From Dimorphilus gyrociliatus (taxonomy: Eukaryota; Animalia; Annelida): DNA of 64,000 bases. Within the stretch, counting starts at the first letter, position 1. Every line of letters begins with the position of its first letter. The notes below the pieces were generated by a model. That model did no database searches. It saw only the letters and a list, made by a program, of their open reading frames with translations, and was not told the origin of the DNA. A program made the position numbers and the translations under genes. Below, in pieces: positions 38,001-51,600 of the stretch. The stretch lies in NCBI GenBank assembly GCA_904063045.1, contig CAJFCJ010000018.1:682001-746000 (forward strand), written 5' to 3'.

Positions 38001-41000
38001 CACATAATATTAACCGCTGCCTTTTAGTTAACTCTTTAGATAAAAAAAAAAGACTTTACTTACGGCAAACAATTCTCGGATGAGAAGGTTAAACATTTCC
38101 CTTCCCTGCTGAGTACAACTTCCACCGATTGACCAAGTAAGGGAGAAAATGAAAATACACTCCAGCCAAGCACACACTTCTCTTTCTTCCATATTCTGGA
38201 TGCATGCTTCGTCTTGGAATTCATCCAGTTGACAATCGATTAAATTCATTAAAGAATTAACAAGATTACTATCAGTTGTTGGCGATAATTCTTTAACCTT
38301 CTTCCTTGCGCAAGCCAAACAAGGATCTACAAATCTTTCAAACATCTCATTTAAGAGCTTTTTATGCAGTTCAGTTAAACTCTTCGGAAGTGTAACCATC
38401 CAAGATTTGACCAAAGGTCGCCATCCTAATGACAAGGGTTCCATATAAATCATACCGCATCTAGAAAGAACAAAGTAAAATATTTTGAAAGAGAATTAAA
38501 ACATCTTTTTAGATCTTATACCTTGAAACTGTTGCAGGGCTAGCCGCCTCTAAATCCATAGGTTCAAACATGAGATTTGTTGTATTTGCCAATTGGATAA
38601 TTTCACCACTCATCAAGCACAATTTTTTGTTATCGTCCAAAACAGTATTCATGTTTTCAATCCAAATAGCGTCTACAGGACCATCAAAAATTAACCATTT
38701 TCGATCTGGGGTGGTTGATTGAGCAAAGGATCTGTAGGAAACAGCGAGGACTCCATCCGACCATTCGTGACTTACAGGGTCAAATTGACCATATAGTTGT
38801 CCCATTGTGATAGCTTTAGGGTTTATAACTGTATACTGAACCTTGTTTTCTTCCATTAGACCCTTTTCATGAATATCTTTTAATGCTCCAGCTAATACTC
38901 TATAAGCACTGGTTTTGCCACCAAATGGTTCACCAACGATCATAAAACCGTGTCTGACAATCATCATTTCATAAATTTGCTGAATTTTTTCTAAGAAGAA
39001 AGGAGTACATTGTAAGTTCATTTTTTTACAATTTTCTTCAACAGCATCATTTAATATTTCGTAGTCAGGTTCAGGGAGCTTAACTCCAGGAAATAAATCG
39101 GATGCAATACCGTGGAAAAGCGGTAAATCGTGATTCAAAAATTTGGGTAAATTTACATCGATAATAGATCTCAACATCAATATATCTTCGTCTTGATCCG
39201 GATATTTTAATTTTAGATTACCTGCCGCTGTTAATACAGATTTGACAGCTCTCATTCCGTAATCATAATGGTGTTGAGAGGACAATTGTTCGGAGCATAA
39301 TCGATATGTAGCTACAATTTTTACGGCTAGTGGGCGAGCATTAAAGAAACCGCACGAATAAAGAACGATTTCAGCGATCATAGCATAGTCGGGTACCATC
39401 ATAGCGACAGTTCTAAAGAGAGCTTTTAAGTTATCAGGCAACTCTGATCTTCCTGCATAACCAGGGTTCATAGTAATAAAAACAGAGCAAGTAGGATCCA
39501 ATTTGATTTCTGTTCCTTCAAATACCAACGTTTCTGAGCCGGATAATATTCCTCTTTGAATTGTAAGAATCTGTTGAGCGACAACAGACAATACTTCAAG
39601 ATCAATTCTATTGAATTCATCAAAGCAAGACCACGCTCCGCAAGATGCCAAGCCTTTGAAGAATTTTCCCAAAGCAATATAATCCAAACCATCAGAGCAG
39701 TTAAATACAACACATTGTTTAGCAACAGCTTTAGCTAAATCTTTTGTTGTTTCAGTTTTACCGGTTCCAGCAGGACCTTCAGGAGCTCCTCCTAAATGTA
39801 AGTGCAGAGCTCCGAAAAGGGTTCTGTAGCACCTGTCCGTCAATGGCGTAATAACAAGTCGTCCTGTATTTCCGAGGTATTCATATCCATATTTTAACAT
39901 AGAGTTGATCATTCTAGTGATCATGTTGTTCTCTTCCCAATAGTATCGCATTTGACTAAGCCATTCAAAATCATTCTCTGAAGAGATATTCTTCTGTACA
40001 AGATTGGTCAACACGTCCCGAGCGTGAACATCAAGTACAATTAGAGCCTGCAAGCTAACTCGGTTCTGCTTGTTTAATTTTCCTCTGACCATAGTAACAA
40101 TTTCTTCAATCTGTTTGTTATTCAATTGCAAATAATCAGCTAAAGCGCTTCCTCCAGCTCTAATGGCCTCATGAACAAAATTTGTCCAGTACAATTGTGT
40201 GACGCAACTAAATAAGGGTTTTAGATTAAGAAAATGATATGCATGAACAATTTGAATTTAGTAAAATGAGATTACTCACAGAACAGCTTGTCCAGGCCAG
40301 GATTTTACCCATTCCCCTCGCGGTTCCTTCTTATAAGCGTCTATGGCTTCTCCTATAACCTTGTGGAGTGATGAAATCATGTCACTCTCTAATTCTAGAA
40401 GCCATTTTTCTACTTGTCCTCTGGCCTTCGAGGTGCTAATTACATCCCTCAGTTCAACAACCTCTCCCTCTGAACTTTTCATATGAGTGATGTCTAGAAC
40501 ATCAGTAAATTCCAAGGTTGCAATACCTTCGAAACATTTTTTTAAATGTGGCTGTACACGTTTCGGATCTTTAGTCTCAGATAGGATTTCCAAAAGTTCA
40601 TCATTAGACAAAAAGAAGAAACGGGGAAAATACAATCGTTTTTTCTCCAAATAATCATTAAGACCTTTCTGAATTAATTCTAAGAGTTCATTTGATTTTT
40701 TCAACTTTTCCAACATCTTATCAATGTCAAGAACAGCTAAAACGTGTTTATCATTTACTGCCTGCTTCATAATATCTCTCCAGTTTTTGTCAACTGTAGC
40801 AAATCGTCTTCCTTCTTCAGGCATTTGAGCCATAATATCAGGACTTGAAAAGATTGGCTCTAAATACAACCAAGTAGCTTGCACCTTTAACCATTCGTCC
40901 AAAATATCTTGTAGAGTGACCAATTTTCTTTCCCACTCCTTTATTTGATCCTCGAATGGCTTAATAAAAGGTGATCCTCGCATTGTTTGTGTTTTGACTA

Positions 41001-44000
41001 TATGATCATCCAGTTGCAGTTGAATATCATCAACAGCCGATAAAATATTTGTTCCAGTTTCTCTGTATGGAATAAGGGTGAATTCGACAGGTTCCCATTC
41101 ATTTTTCATCTTTTCCATTGCTTTTTCAAGAGAAAACTCTTTACTAGCAGCTTCGGAAATATTCTCAAACTTTGGAATGTAGCTCTCCAAACTCATATCA
41201 ACTAACTTATTTAAACACATGTCATCTTCTGGTCGCAATTGATAGCCGACAATCTCCGATATTTGGTCCCAATGTCTTTCTCTCAAGCCTGGATTAAATA
41301 GGGTTTGAACAAGAGGAAGATGTTCCTTAAATTCCTCAACTTTTGTTTTTGTCTTTGTAGCTATTTTTTTCGGATTGGGCGCGTCACTAAATCCTTTTTC
41401 CAACTTGTATAGTTGTCTCCAAAAGTTTCCAACATCAGCATCCACTTGGTCAGGATCCACGTTATGCATTGGCCCATCCATCCATTCTTTATATTTATTG
41501 TTAAAGTCAACAGTCAGTTCATACAAAGAATAGTATGGTTTTAAGGTATTGATAGTTGTCATCCGTTGCGGATATTGGGTCATCTCCCAGCCGAAAGCCT
41601 CTTCTTCTGCATTAAAGGCTTCGATTTTTTCCAAAGCTTTTTGAAGTTTCTCATCCAGTCCTTGAGCTCGTTTCAAATATTTGGAGACTTCTGATATTTC
41701 TCCAAGGTTAGATAATTCTTCAACTTGTTTACCGTAGCTGTCTAACTCTTCGATGAACCTTTCTCTCTTTAGTTTAAGAGCCTCTTCGTATTGCTGTTTC
41801 TTTTCTTTCTCTATAACTCTATGTTCTTCAAAAATTGTTGGCATCCTGCCATGCCATGTGAAAGTTTTGGAGTTTAATCGCATTTCTGGCGGAGAGAATG
41901 AAGCGTAATCAACAAGAAACAAAAGACGATTTTTAGCAGCATTTAATTTTTCTTGCAGCTCTTGCATTGTCAAATTTTCTGCTTTTTCAACAAAGGCCTT
42001 TATCTCCATCAGCTCATGAGTATTGGCTGGGGTTGTGAGAGCTTTTTCTGCTATAGTTTCATATTCCTCGCAAAGAGCTTTATTTGCAGTTTGATGATCT
42101 TTTGACATTCTTGCTAATAGTTTATTACAGCATTGATCAGCCTTTTTGGCTAATGCTCTGATCAATTCGTCGCAATGAACTTCAAACATACCCAATCGAA
42201 GGACCTTTATCGATTTGTATGTTATCTCATCGCTAAGGCGTTGGTATTTTCGAACCTCTCGAGATAAATCATCAAAATCTCTATCACCGTTTAAAAAGTC
42301 TTCAACATCCTTGTCAGCTTGACCATTTATTAGAGTCGAATATTTATCATATTTTGCAGCATGTTCTATTGGTCCAATTGACTCTTTGGCTATGAGATCT
42401 CTGACGTTCTGTTTATGACCATTTACAACTTCTTCCAAAGTAATAGGTTTTAATTCCGTTGGTTTATCCGTTGGCCATTCCGAATATAATTTTGTTTCAA
42501 CTCTGGGCATCTTTGTTACTGCTTTTAGCAAGACATCATATACATTTATAAGTACAGTTTCAAAATCCTCAAATTTAGGCTCATATTCAATCTTAGTGCC
42601 TTCCAAGATTAGACGAAGAACAAAACCTGGATGTTCAAACGCTCTTGTGGAGTGAGGAGGTTGGCAGAGCTGTTAACATATACATAAAAACAATTGAAAC
42701 TTTATTTTATAGAAAAAAAATATAGAAAATTTACCAGATCGGTGTAATCTGAAATAGAGGAAAGGGCTAATTGCTGCAATTGTTGAGTCATAAGGGCAGC
42801 AGCACAGTTGAAAAATGCTTGTAAACGTTCATAATCTTTATTGCTGGGAACTAACTTTCTTTTGTTCCCTTGGTAATAAATATTTTGGACTTCTGGAAGC
42901 CATTTTTTATGTAAAGCGTCTTTAGCAGATTCAATATGCCTTATACAAAGGGATTGAAAGAGTTGTAATTCCATGGACTCTGTTCTTTGTTGAAACTCAC
43001 CAATGTCGACTAATCTTAAGTCTTTGAAAGGTCTTGTTAGGTCTACATTATCTTTCTTTAATGGTGCATGCCACAAATGTAAAACTTGCATCATACACGG
43101 ATTAGTAACATGTAGGTCACTGCTTGCTATATCTCTGGCTTCCTTATAGCTCCTAAACCAAGGTTTAGGTACTTGCAGCAATTCTTTTCTATGAGGAGGG
43201 AGTCTTTCGTTCTCCGTCTCTTGATCCTCTTTTTCTCTGGGATCCTTAAGAACGAAATCAACGATAGCTTTCTTTACCGAGAGTAAATAGTCTTCTCTCA
43301 TCTCGTCACTCAAATTTTCTACCAAGTCGAGATGATTAATTCTCAATTCTGCCTTAACTAGTCCTAGGACATTTGCTAACCAATTTTCGTCCATAGACGC
43401 TACATGTTCGGTGTCGATACCATTGTGAATGTAATAGTAATATCTCAGGATATCTTTCTCAGTACCATTAGGCGTCTCAGTTGTCCTAGTTGTCTCTGCA
43501 CCATCATCTTGCATAATAATATCTACCAGAGCTTTTCTGAAAGTATCTCTATCTCTTCGAGGAGTACCTCCGCTTGGTACCGCAGAACCACCAGTATCTC
43601 CATTAGCCGCCGATGTTGAAGGTGGTTTTCGTGCAAGGAATCGTCTCCTAGGCGATTCTAAAAGAGACAACTAAATGTTCATAGTGTCAACATTTAGGAG
43701 GAATGACAAGGACAATATTCATTTATCTTTGCCGAAAATATGGGAATGCCATTAAAATTATAATATATCTTATTAAAAAAAGGGTAAAGTTTTAGCTGGT
43801 AGAGTATTTTTAAAAAAGAAAAGTTGTTTCTCTTTTAATTTTTATTATTTCTTCCTTTATGCATAAAAAAATAAATATTTTACGAGAAATTCTGATGTGA
43901 AATTGATTCTCAACTCAGAGACAAAGTATCTTAAACAAAATCAATATGTCTCAGAATAAGATTGATCAATTAAGAAACTAATTTGTAAGATACAAATGAA

Positions 44001-44288
44001 ATTATTAAAAATTTATTATTTTCAACACTTACTACTGATTTCACCGATCAGATCGATTCGATCTTCCTCTTCCGCAGTTTTGTCAATTTTTCCATAGAGA
44101 TGAAACTGTGGCGGATCCTTTTGCCAATCAGGCTTTGATCTTATGTCTGGTAAGACTGGCAAAAATTTGATGGGGTCATTAGTCCCTTTTCCCTTGGTGA
44201 CTTTTCTTTGAGGCTAATTTTGACAACAAACATATGAAATAAATTAGAAAAAAGCTTCATAAGTAGTCTTTACCTGTATACTAGCCAT
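29072..44288 (-). CDS. DNAH7: Axonemal inner-arm dynein heavy chain 7, about 12 exons
   Basis: The N-terminal [19 protein letters not shown] motif is typical of DNAH7. AAA1 P-loop [17 protein letters not shown]2 [11 protein letters not shown]3 GPTGTGKS and AAA4 GVGGSGRQS are present, with stalk/MTBD and C-terminus [10 protein letters not shown]. First exon MASIQ starts at 44288. Junction phases checked. Confidence 0.95.
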
Positions 44289-44660
44289 ATTCAAACTATT
44301 TGTCCCAATGAGATTTTAATTTCAATTTGCCATAATATATATCTTCAAACAAATTAACTTTGAGTTCGCTTAGTTTATAGTTAAGATGGCGTCGTTAGTG
44401 GCGCGCTTCTGGTTGCTAAGGCAAACCGAAAAATACGCAATTATTATGCTAAAAGCTGTATAGAAGTTAAAAGAGCTCAGAAAAAATTAAATTTGAATTG
44501 TATGCTAAACTATAAATGAAATAAAGATATACGTACGAAAATTATATATTCTCCGGAAGTTTGAAACCCAAAACGAGGCTACGTATTAACGACGAATCAC
44601 GCCATTTTCTTTGTCAGCCGACTTAGTTAATACTATTTTCTCCAAACTCACTTTTGAAGC
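44289..44660. promoter_or_regulatory. Bidirectional promoter DNAH7/SF1 with X-box-like GTTGCTAAGGCAAAC (44412-44426) and AAGATGGCG / CGCCATTTT motifs (44383, 44600)
   Basis: The divergent ATGs are 372 bp apart and the region is locally CpG-richer. Motifs were read directly. RFX, YY1 or CTCF identity is inferred. Confidence 0.45.
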
Positions 44661-47600
44661 ATGAAGCGTGAAAGCGAACAAGGTATATTTTTATGTTAAA
44701 AATTTGTAACCATTTTTTAGCAATGACTTGAGCAGCTTTCTTTGATCATGTGATCACCGTTTGAAATAGTTAAGAAAGCCTGCTTTTTTAAGTACGCAAC
44801 TTCTCTCCTACGTCTGATAAGAAAAAGTTTAAAAATCAAAAGGAATCACTTATCACAAAACGAATTGTTTCGTGACAATAAATTAGATATAAGTATACAC
44901 TCGGTCAATCGATCATTGACGCTTATGTCAAAGACATTTAATTGCACCAAGTCTAATTAAATGTGGAATATTATCTTTCAAGCACATGAGATTTCATTAA
45001 AATAATAAATCTTTGCGAAAGTTGTAAAGAGAATTTCGTAGAAATTGAAATTACTTTTAAAATAGTTTATTTATATTAAAGATTATTCTTTTACTTCATA
45101 GCCGAATCCGCTGATGATAGAAAAAAGAAAAGAAAAAGCCGCTGGGGAGGTGGAGACTTTGAGAAAACTTTTATACCGGGTATGCCTACATCAATTCCCC
45201 AAAACTTGACAAAAGATCAAGAAGAGATGTACTTACGTAAGTTTCTTCTTACTTTTTAGTATTTTGCTATTAGCATTGATCTTAATATTAGTAATTTGAC
45301 CAATTGTTGTATATATTACATCTTTTGAATTCATATCATATATGAGGCTGATGTATTAATTTTTTTATGACAAGACTTTTTTATGTTGGTTTAATAGGGA
45401 ACACTTTGCATAACTAAAGATCTTACTGCAGCTTTAGGTTTCGAAAAGTACTGCAGAATGCGTATATTTTTTTACCACCTAAAAAGTTTCATTGACGGTT
45501 CAAATTAAGTATTTCTTTCACTTAGTTCCTATCAATTGAATGGGTATATTTCGTAAAATATATGGAAAATAATCAATTTTTTTAAAAGCTACCGTATTCG
45601 TCAAAGAAACTTTATATCGTTTTTATAAATCAGAACTAATTTGAATGCCTTTTTTCTTTTCCGCTAATCGCTCCGGATTAACAGTACAACTGCAGATTGA
45701 AGAAACATCTCGACGTTTGAGAACTGGAGATTTAGGCATACCGCCGAATCCGGAAGAGAGGTTTGATAGTATAGCACGCACATTCGTCTATTAAAAAGTT
45801 ACAACCTTTAAATTAGGAACAGCTAGGTGCAGCCGAAAGCTGAACAGATTTAACTTTACTTAAAAAAAATTTTTGTCTTTCAGCTATGTAGCAATTTACT
45901 GAAACTGTAAGAAACAAGTACAAAATTTGTAAATAATTCAAAAATAGGACTTATAGTAACAATCCGTTAAAAATTTTACAGCCTAATCATGACGTTTCAG
46001 CTCTTATAGTTTGTTCGGACAACAATAGGCATGAAACAATGATTTTAGTAGTTTAGTTCACACCATAAAAGTAAAACTTAAGCTTATACAAGTTTATATA
46101 ATTCAATATCATTGATATTTCTTATGAATAATAATATATTAAGGGAAAATTAAGTCATTTAATGGAAAGTTTTTTATATTTACCATTCGCTATATATAAA
46201 AATGTTTCATAAAGCTCCTTAGACCTCTTGCTTGTTTGAACAAAGTATAAAATAAATAATCATAATAAAAAAACCAAATATTTCAGCTAGATTCCCTTAA
46301 AGACATTTTAAAACATATTCAATTTCTTTTAATAGCCATTTGCAGCATCTAAAACCAGCAACAATTTCAGCTGACCGAAAAAATTAATATATCATATCCT
46401 ATAGTCAAAATTAAAAAATTATACAAACTAAGCGATAAATTTAATCCGTATAATTTTTCAGCGTCTAATTCAAAACCAATTTTCAGCCTATTGGAACTAA
46501 TTATCATACAAAACATTAGGGAAAATTTCTGTGTAGGCCACGTCTTTATCGGCAATCTCCAATTTTTTTATCATTTCAGATCACCATCTCCTGAGCCGAT
46601 TTATAATCATGAGGGAAAGCGGCTAAACACAAGAGAGTACCGAATGAGGAAAAAACTAGAAGAACTTCGTCATGAATTAGTTCAAAAAGCACTGAAAGTC
46701 AATTCTAGCTATCACCCTCCAAGCGACTATAAACCGCCCGTAGTTAGAGTTAGTGATAAAGTTTTAATACCACAAGAAGAGCATCCCGATATAAACTTTG
46801 TAGGATTACTTATTGGACCCAGAGGAAATACTTTGAAGACTTTAGAAAAAGACACAGGAGCAAAAATAATTATCAGAGGAAAAGGTTCAATTAAAGAAGG
46901 AAAGGTTGGGAGAAGTGACGGTCAGCCACTTCCCGGACAAGATGAACCACTACATGCGTACATTACGGCCAATAACCCTGAAAATGTAAAGATGGCGGCT
47001 GAAAAAATTAAAGATATAATTAGACAGGGTAAAATTTAAAATATAATTTTTAGGAAATATTTTATATAAATGTGTCAAAATTACAGGAATCGAAGTCCCA
47101 GAAGGGCAAAATGATCTACGACGGCACCAGTTACGTGAATTAGCACTTTTGAATGGTACTCTTAGAGAAACAGATGGATTGAGTAAACTCAGACAAATGG
47201 CACAAGCCAATACAATAGTTACAAACAATATAGTGTGTACTATGTGCGGAGGAGCTGGTCACATTGCACAAGATTGTAAAGAAAGAAGACCAGGAGAAAG
47301 TCTCAGACAATTTGAAAGCGGCCAAGTACCAATGCCGACCCCTGCGGATAAAGCAAAAATGGATAGCGAGTACATGTCATTGATGGCTGAACTTGGCGAA
47401 GCTGCTCCTCCTCCTCCTGGCACACAACAGTTTAATGGACCGCCTCCAACAGTAGTAAGTTCAACCTTATAATTGTTTGTAATTTTCATAATTAATTTAA
47501 TAAATAATATTAAAAATTTAAATTAGGGTCAAACATGGAATAGAGGAGGACCAATGGCTTTACCGCCGCCACCTCCACCACCAGGAAATGGTCCCGCTAA

Positions 47601-47886
47601 CAATAATGGACCACCCGGAGTTTCAACGCCTTGGCAACAACAGCAGCAACCTCCACCTCCTCCTGGAACAACAAAACCCTTGGCTCCCCCACCACCCCCT
47701 CCTCCTGGTTCTGGTGGTCCACCTCCCACAAGCAATATGCCCCCTTGGCAACCACCTCCACCGCCAGTGTCCGCTTCTAATTGCCCTCCATGGCAACAAG
47801 GTCCATGGCAAACCCCTCCTCCTCCACAGGGTAACTATGCCCCTCCAATGGGAATGCCACCTCCTCCTCCACCACCTCCTAACTAA
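44661..47886 (+). CDS. SF1: Splicing factor 1 / branchpoint-binding protein (ULM, KH-QUA2, zinc knuckle, Pro-rich tail)
   Basis: RKKKRKSRW (ULM), RSPSPEPIYN, KH motif INFVGLLIGPRGNTLK, knuckle CTMCGGAGHIAQDC and KMDSEYMSLMAELG. Exons 44661-44682, 45102-45236, 45685-45760, 46580 to about 47032, about 47088-47453 and about 47528-47886. Confidence 0.96.
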
Positions 47887-47915
47887 AGTTAATATGTTCA
47901 TATATCAACATACAA

Positions 47916-47925
47916 ATATATATAA

Positions 47926-47957
<32 letters not shown>

Positions 47958-47983
47958 GCATATATAAATGCATACACATATAT
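47916..47983. repeat. Imperfect (TA)n microsatellite in SF1 3' region
   Basis: Direct reading of TA runs with a few substitutions. Confidence 0.85.
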
Positions 47984-48611
47984 CTTTGACGTTTGGCTTA
48001 TAACATTATTCTCTGTCTTATTAATAAACGCATGTTTTAATTAAGGTTGAAACTACTATTGTGTTAAATAGAATTCAAAACACGCACACACACACGATTT
48101 ATATTTGACATAAAAGAATTTGCTGCTCACATTACAGATAATCAGAATTTGTTTGTTAAGCAATTCTTATGATTTCTAGCTTTCAGGATTAAAACTTTTC
48201 GAAACTTTATTTTGTATATTAAAATGATCGCTTTAATGATAGTCAGGAAAAAATAGTTTTAAAGAGGAGGTAAGAAATATCTTCCTGTGTACTGGAGTAA
48301 GTGTTCAGGGGAAAATAACAAGATTAATGGAAAATCTTAATATTAGTCTAAAACAATTTATTGATTTAATATTATTCGCATAAACTAGGAAAAGACATCT
48401 TTTTACTTTGAATTGGTATCATGGTATGGACAGCAAATTGTCAACTTCTTTGGAAAGCATACTATGGTTACCTGGTTTCTTAACAAACTGAACAAAAAAA
48501 ACCGGTTTTCATTAACCAAAACCTAAAAGACATCCTTGACCTTTCGATGAAGATTTTAAAAATATCTCCAAATTTCTCTTATTTACAGCTTTCAGATTGC
48601 ATTTTAATTTA

Positions 48612-51600
48612 ATGATGGAAGAGGTTCGGAAAAAGGTAACTAATTTCTTTTGATTAATAAAAGCCGAGTAGATCTACGATGCAAATTAATTTCAGATTAA
48701 GGCAGCCTCAGAAGCACTGTCAAGTTTGCGAACCTCTTCTGCTTCTAAAATAGAAAAGCTTTTGAACGAAGCTTTGAACGCCGCTGAAGATGACAAGTAT
48801 GTAATATTATTGTGCAATTAAGTATAAATTCTATGAATTCTTTTGTAGACCTCTGCCTGAAGAGCAAGAAGCGATTCCTGAAAAAAGGGCAAAGTACGAC
48901 GAAGATGTAGATAATATGGAGGTTTCCATTCTGGAAACAGACTTAGATACTTTATCGACTTCCAAGAAGTTTCATGGATCTACAGATATATTAGATGGCT
49001 CTTCAGTCGTGAATTTATTTAGGATACTTGACGACCAATATTATGAATGCCCCCTGTGTAAAGATGAGAGAACATTGGCAACAGATATCGAGGGTCTATT
49101 AAATCATGTGTTTGGATGTCATGCCATCAACAAACAAAATCAGGTAATAAAATGCTGTTATTGCAGCAAAATATACGGGCTGCAATCGAAGAAATATAGG
49201 GATTCTGAGTCAATGGCTAAAGCTCACTGTTTTCTAAACATGGTAGATCATCTTATTAACATACATGATATTGAACAACCGTTATTCATTTACACATATA
49301 AGTGCTCTGAATGTAATGTAAAATGTTTTCTACCTGACCTATGGAGGAATCATGAACTCTTCAAGCACGATCGCTTATCCCGTTTGATTAATATCCTAGA
49401 GGAGGGTGGATATCATGTCATAGAAGCTAAAGAATCAACTGATACATTGACAAAATATCAAGAGGATATTTATGAGGATCAGGAAACAGCTTTTCTATTG
49501 AAATCTACGAAATATTGCTGCTTTTTATGCAAAAATTTATGTAGCACTCGACAAGACTTTCTCTCTCATTTCAGCAAAGAACATTTTGACAAAGACGTGA
49601 TTATGTGCAATCTTTGTGAATTTTCTTCGAGCATTTCGGATTCTAAACAAATCATTAATTGCCTAATAAGTCTTCTTCATCACAGAAAGGATTCACACAA
49701 TCTCTCCTATCCTGATTATGTTAATCTCGTTAAATGTAAATTTTGTGCGTTTTCAGCTCCTAAGAAAGAGCTTGTGGATGAACATTGTAAGATGGATTGT
49801 ACCCAAAAGCCCGAAAATCAAGGAGGGGTTGTTCCTATAATTGATCATGTAAAGTACAGAAAATCAGACTTAATCGATGATTCTGGAATACTCTATTGCT
49901 TCTTATGTAATCCAATAAGTGAGCCAAAGCGAACAACCGAACAGTTTAGTGATTTAAATGGTTTAATTGATCATATATCAATAACTCATCTAACTTGCGA
50001 TCGAGACAAAAAAAGGAAAAGAACTTCCATTGCATGTCCTAAATGCCCAAAAGGCTTCCCTTTGATTCTTAGTTTACTAAAGAGCAGGTATATTTCGCTA
50101 AAAGAGAGAAACATTTAATTCATAATAATGTATTCCCTTAGGGCAATTCAACACGCAGCTTTGCAGTGCTTACATCATATGGCTAAAAGTCCCGGACATT
50201 CGGCATTTGTGCCAAATTTTCTTGTACAATTTCATTGTTCTTTGTGCTCATATACGACTGTATCACACGAATATGCTAGATATCACATAGGTACCCATGA
50301 AAAGAATGGAGAATTTTATGAAAGAGAAGCCAAGGAAGAAAAAGACAATCATGACAACATAATAAATAGATACCGACTCGATGTATTAGCCAATTTTGGT
50401 CCCTTCAATTGTTTATTTTGTGAGAAAATTTTAGACTCATTACAGTCGTTAGCGGAACATGTTTTACAAACTCATGTTGTTAAGAAGAACTTTGGTAAAA
50501 CGAATTCTTACTTAAAATGCACATCTTGCGAATTTGTGAGTTGGTACTTTTTTTAATTTATAATATTACAATGATATATATTTAATTTAGGCGTCACCTC
50601 TCTTAAAATCCTACAAAAATTATCATACTATATCAGTTAAGATTGCATTAGAAGGAATTTTAGAACATGAAGTTACAAAACATTATCAACCACTTCCAAA
50701 TTGGGGACAAATATACTTTTGCGATGAATGCAGCACGAAATTTTATCGAAGAGCTGCATTTTTCAGCGTAAGTGCACGTTAAATGATCATTTCGTTGAGG
50801 TTACTTATGTTTTTGATTTTAGCATCTTAATAACGCACATGCAGTTAAAGTAAAGTTAGTAAGTTTAGTTAAGGAGGAAGGGAAATCTGCTGTTGTAACA
50901 CCCGTATTCGAAAATGATAAAAAGTCTAATAATGTGAAACCGAAATTGAACCACACATATCATAAAAGCAACGAAAAGAAATCGTTTCGAGAAGATTTAG
51001 AATGCTATCCCTGTTTTATATGCAGCAACTCGGATAGTTTTGAATCTTTGGCAGAACTTCTGGAACATGTGCGGTCAAAGCATTGCAATACTGGAAATGA
51101 TGATGCGATATTACTCTGTCATATTTGCAAACGTAATTTTCGATCTTCTAAACGTCTTTCTGCAAGAAGATCTGTTGAAACTATATACAATTCCCTCATA
51201 GAGCATTATGTAACAAAGCATCAATATGAAGCTCCTAATTATTTAATATGGTTATCCTGTGAAAAGTGCGAGTTTCGAACATCGTCTCTCAGACAATTAA
51301 AAGCTCATGAAAAAGATCACGAAGACGAATTTCGATGTGCCGACTGTTCAAAAAAATTTGAAAATTTAGAAGATTTTCGAGAACACACAGAGAAGGAAAA
51401 CCACAATTCAAAAATGTGTCCCTATTGTTCGAAAACGTTTTCAACGGTAGCCTTTCGCATGGCGCATGTACAAAATCAACATGAAAAGAAACGAAACTTT
51501 AAATGCGATGATTGCACGGCAACCTTCTTTAACAAAGTTGATTACGAACAGCATTGCTTCGCCAAACATAAGGTAAAATCATTTATTGTCTTTGCAAAAA

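Noticed and set aside
45424-45460. CTGCAG...CTGCAG hairpin and a possible 30-nt in-frame exon in SF1 intron 2
   Set aside because: The stem relies on a self-complementary hexamer and the donor is weak, so support is too thin.
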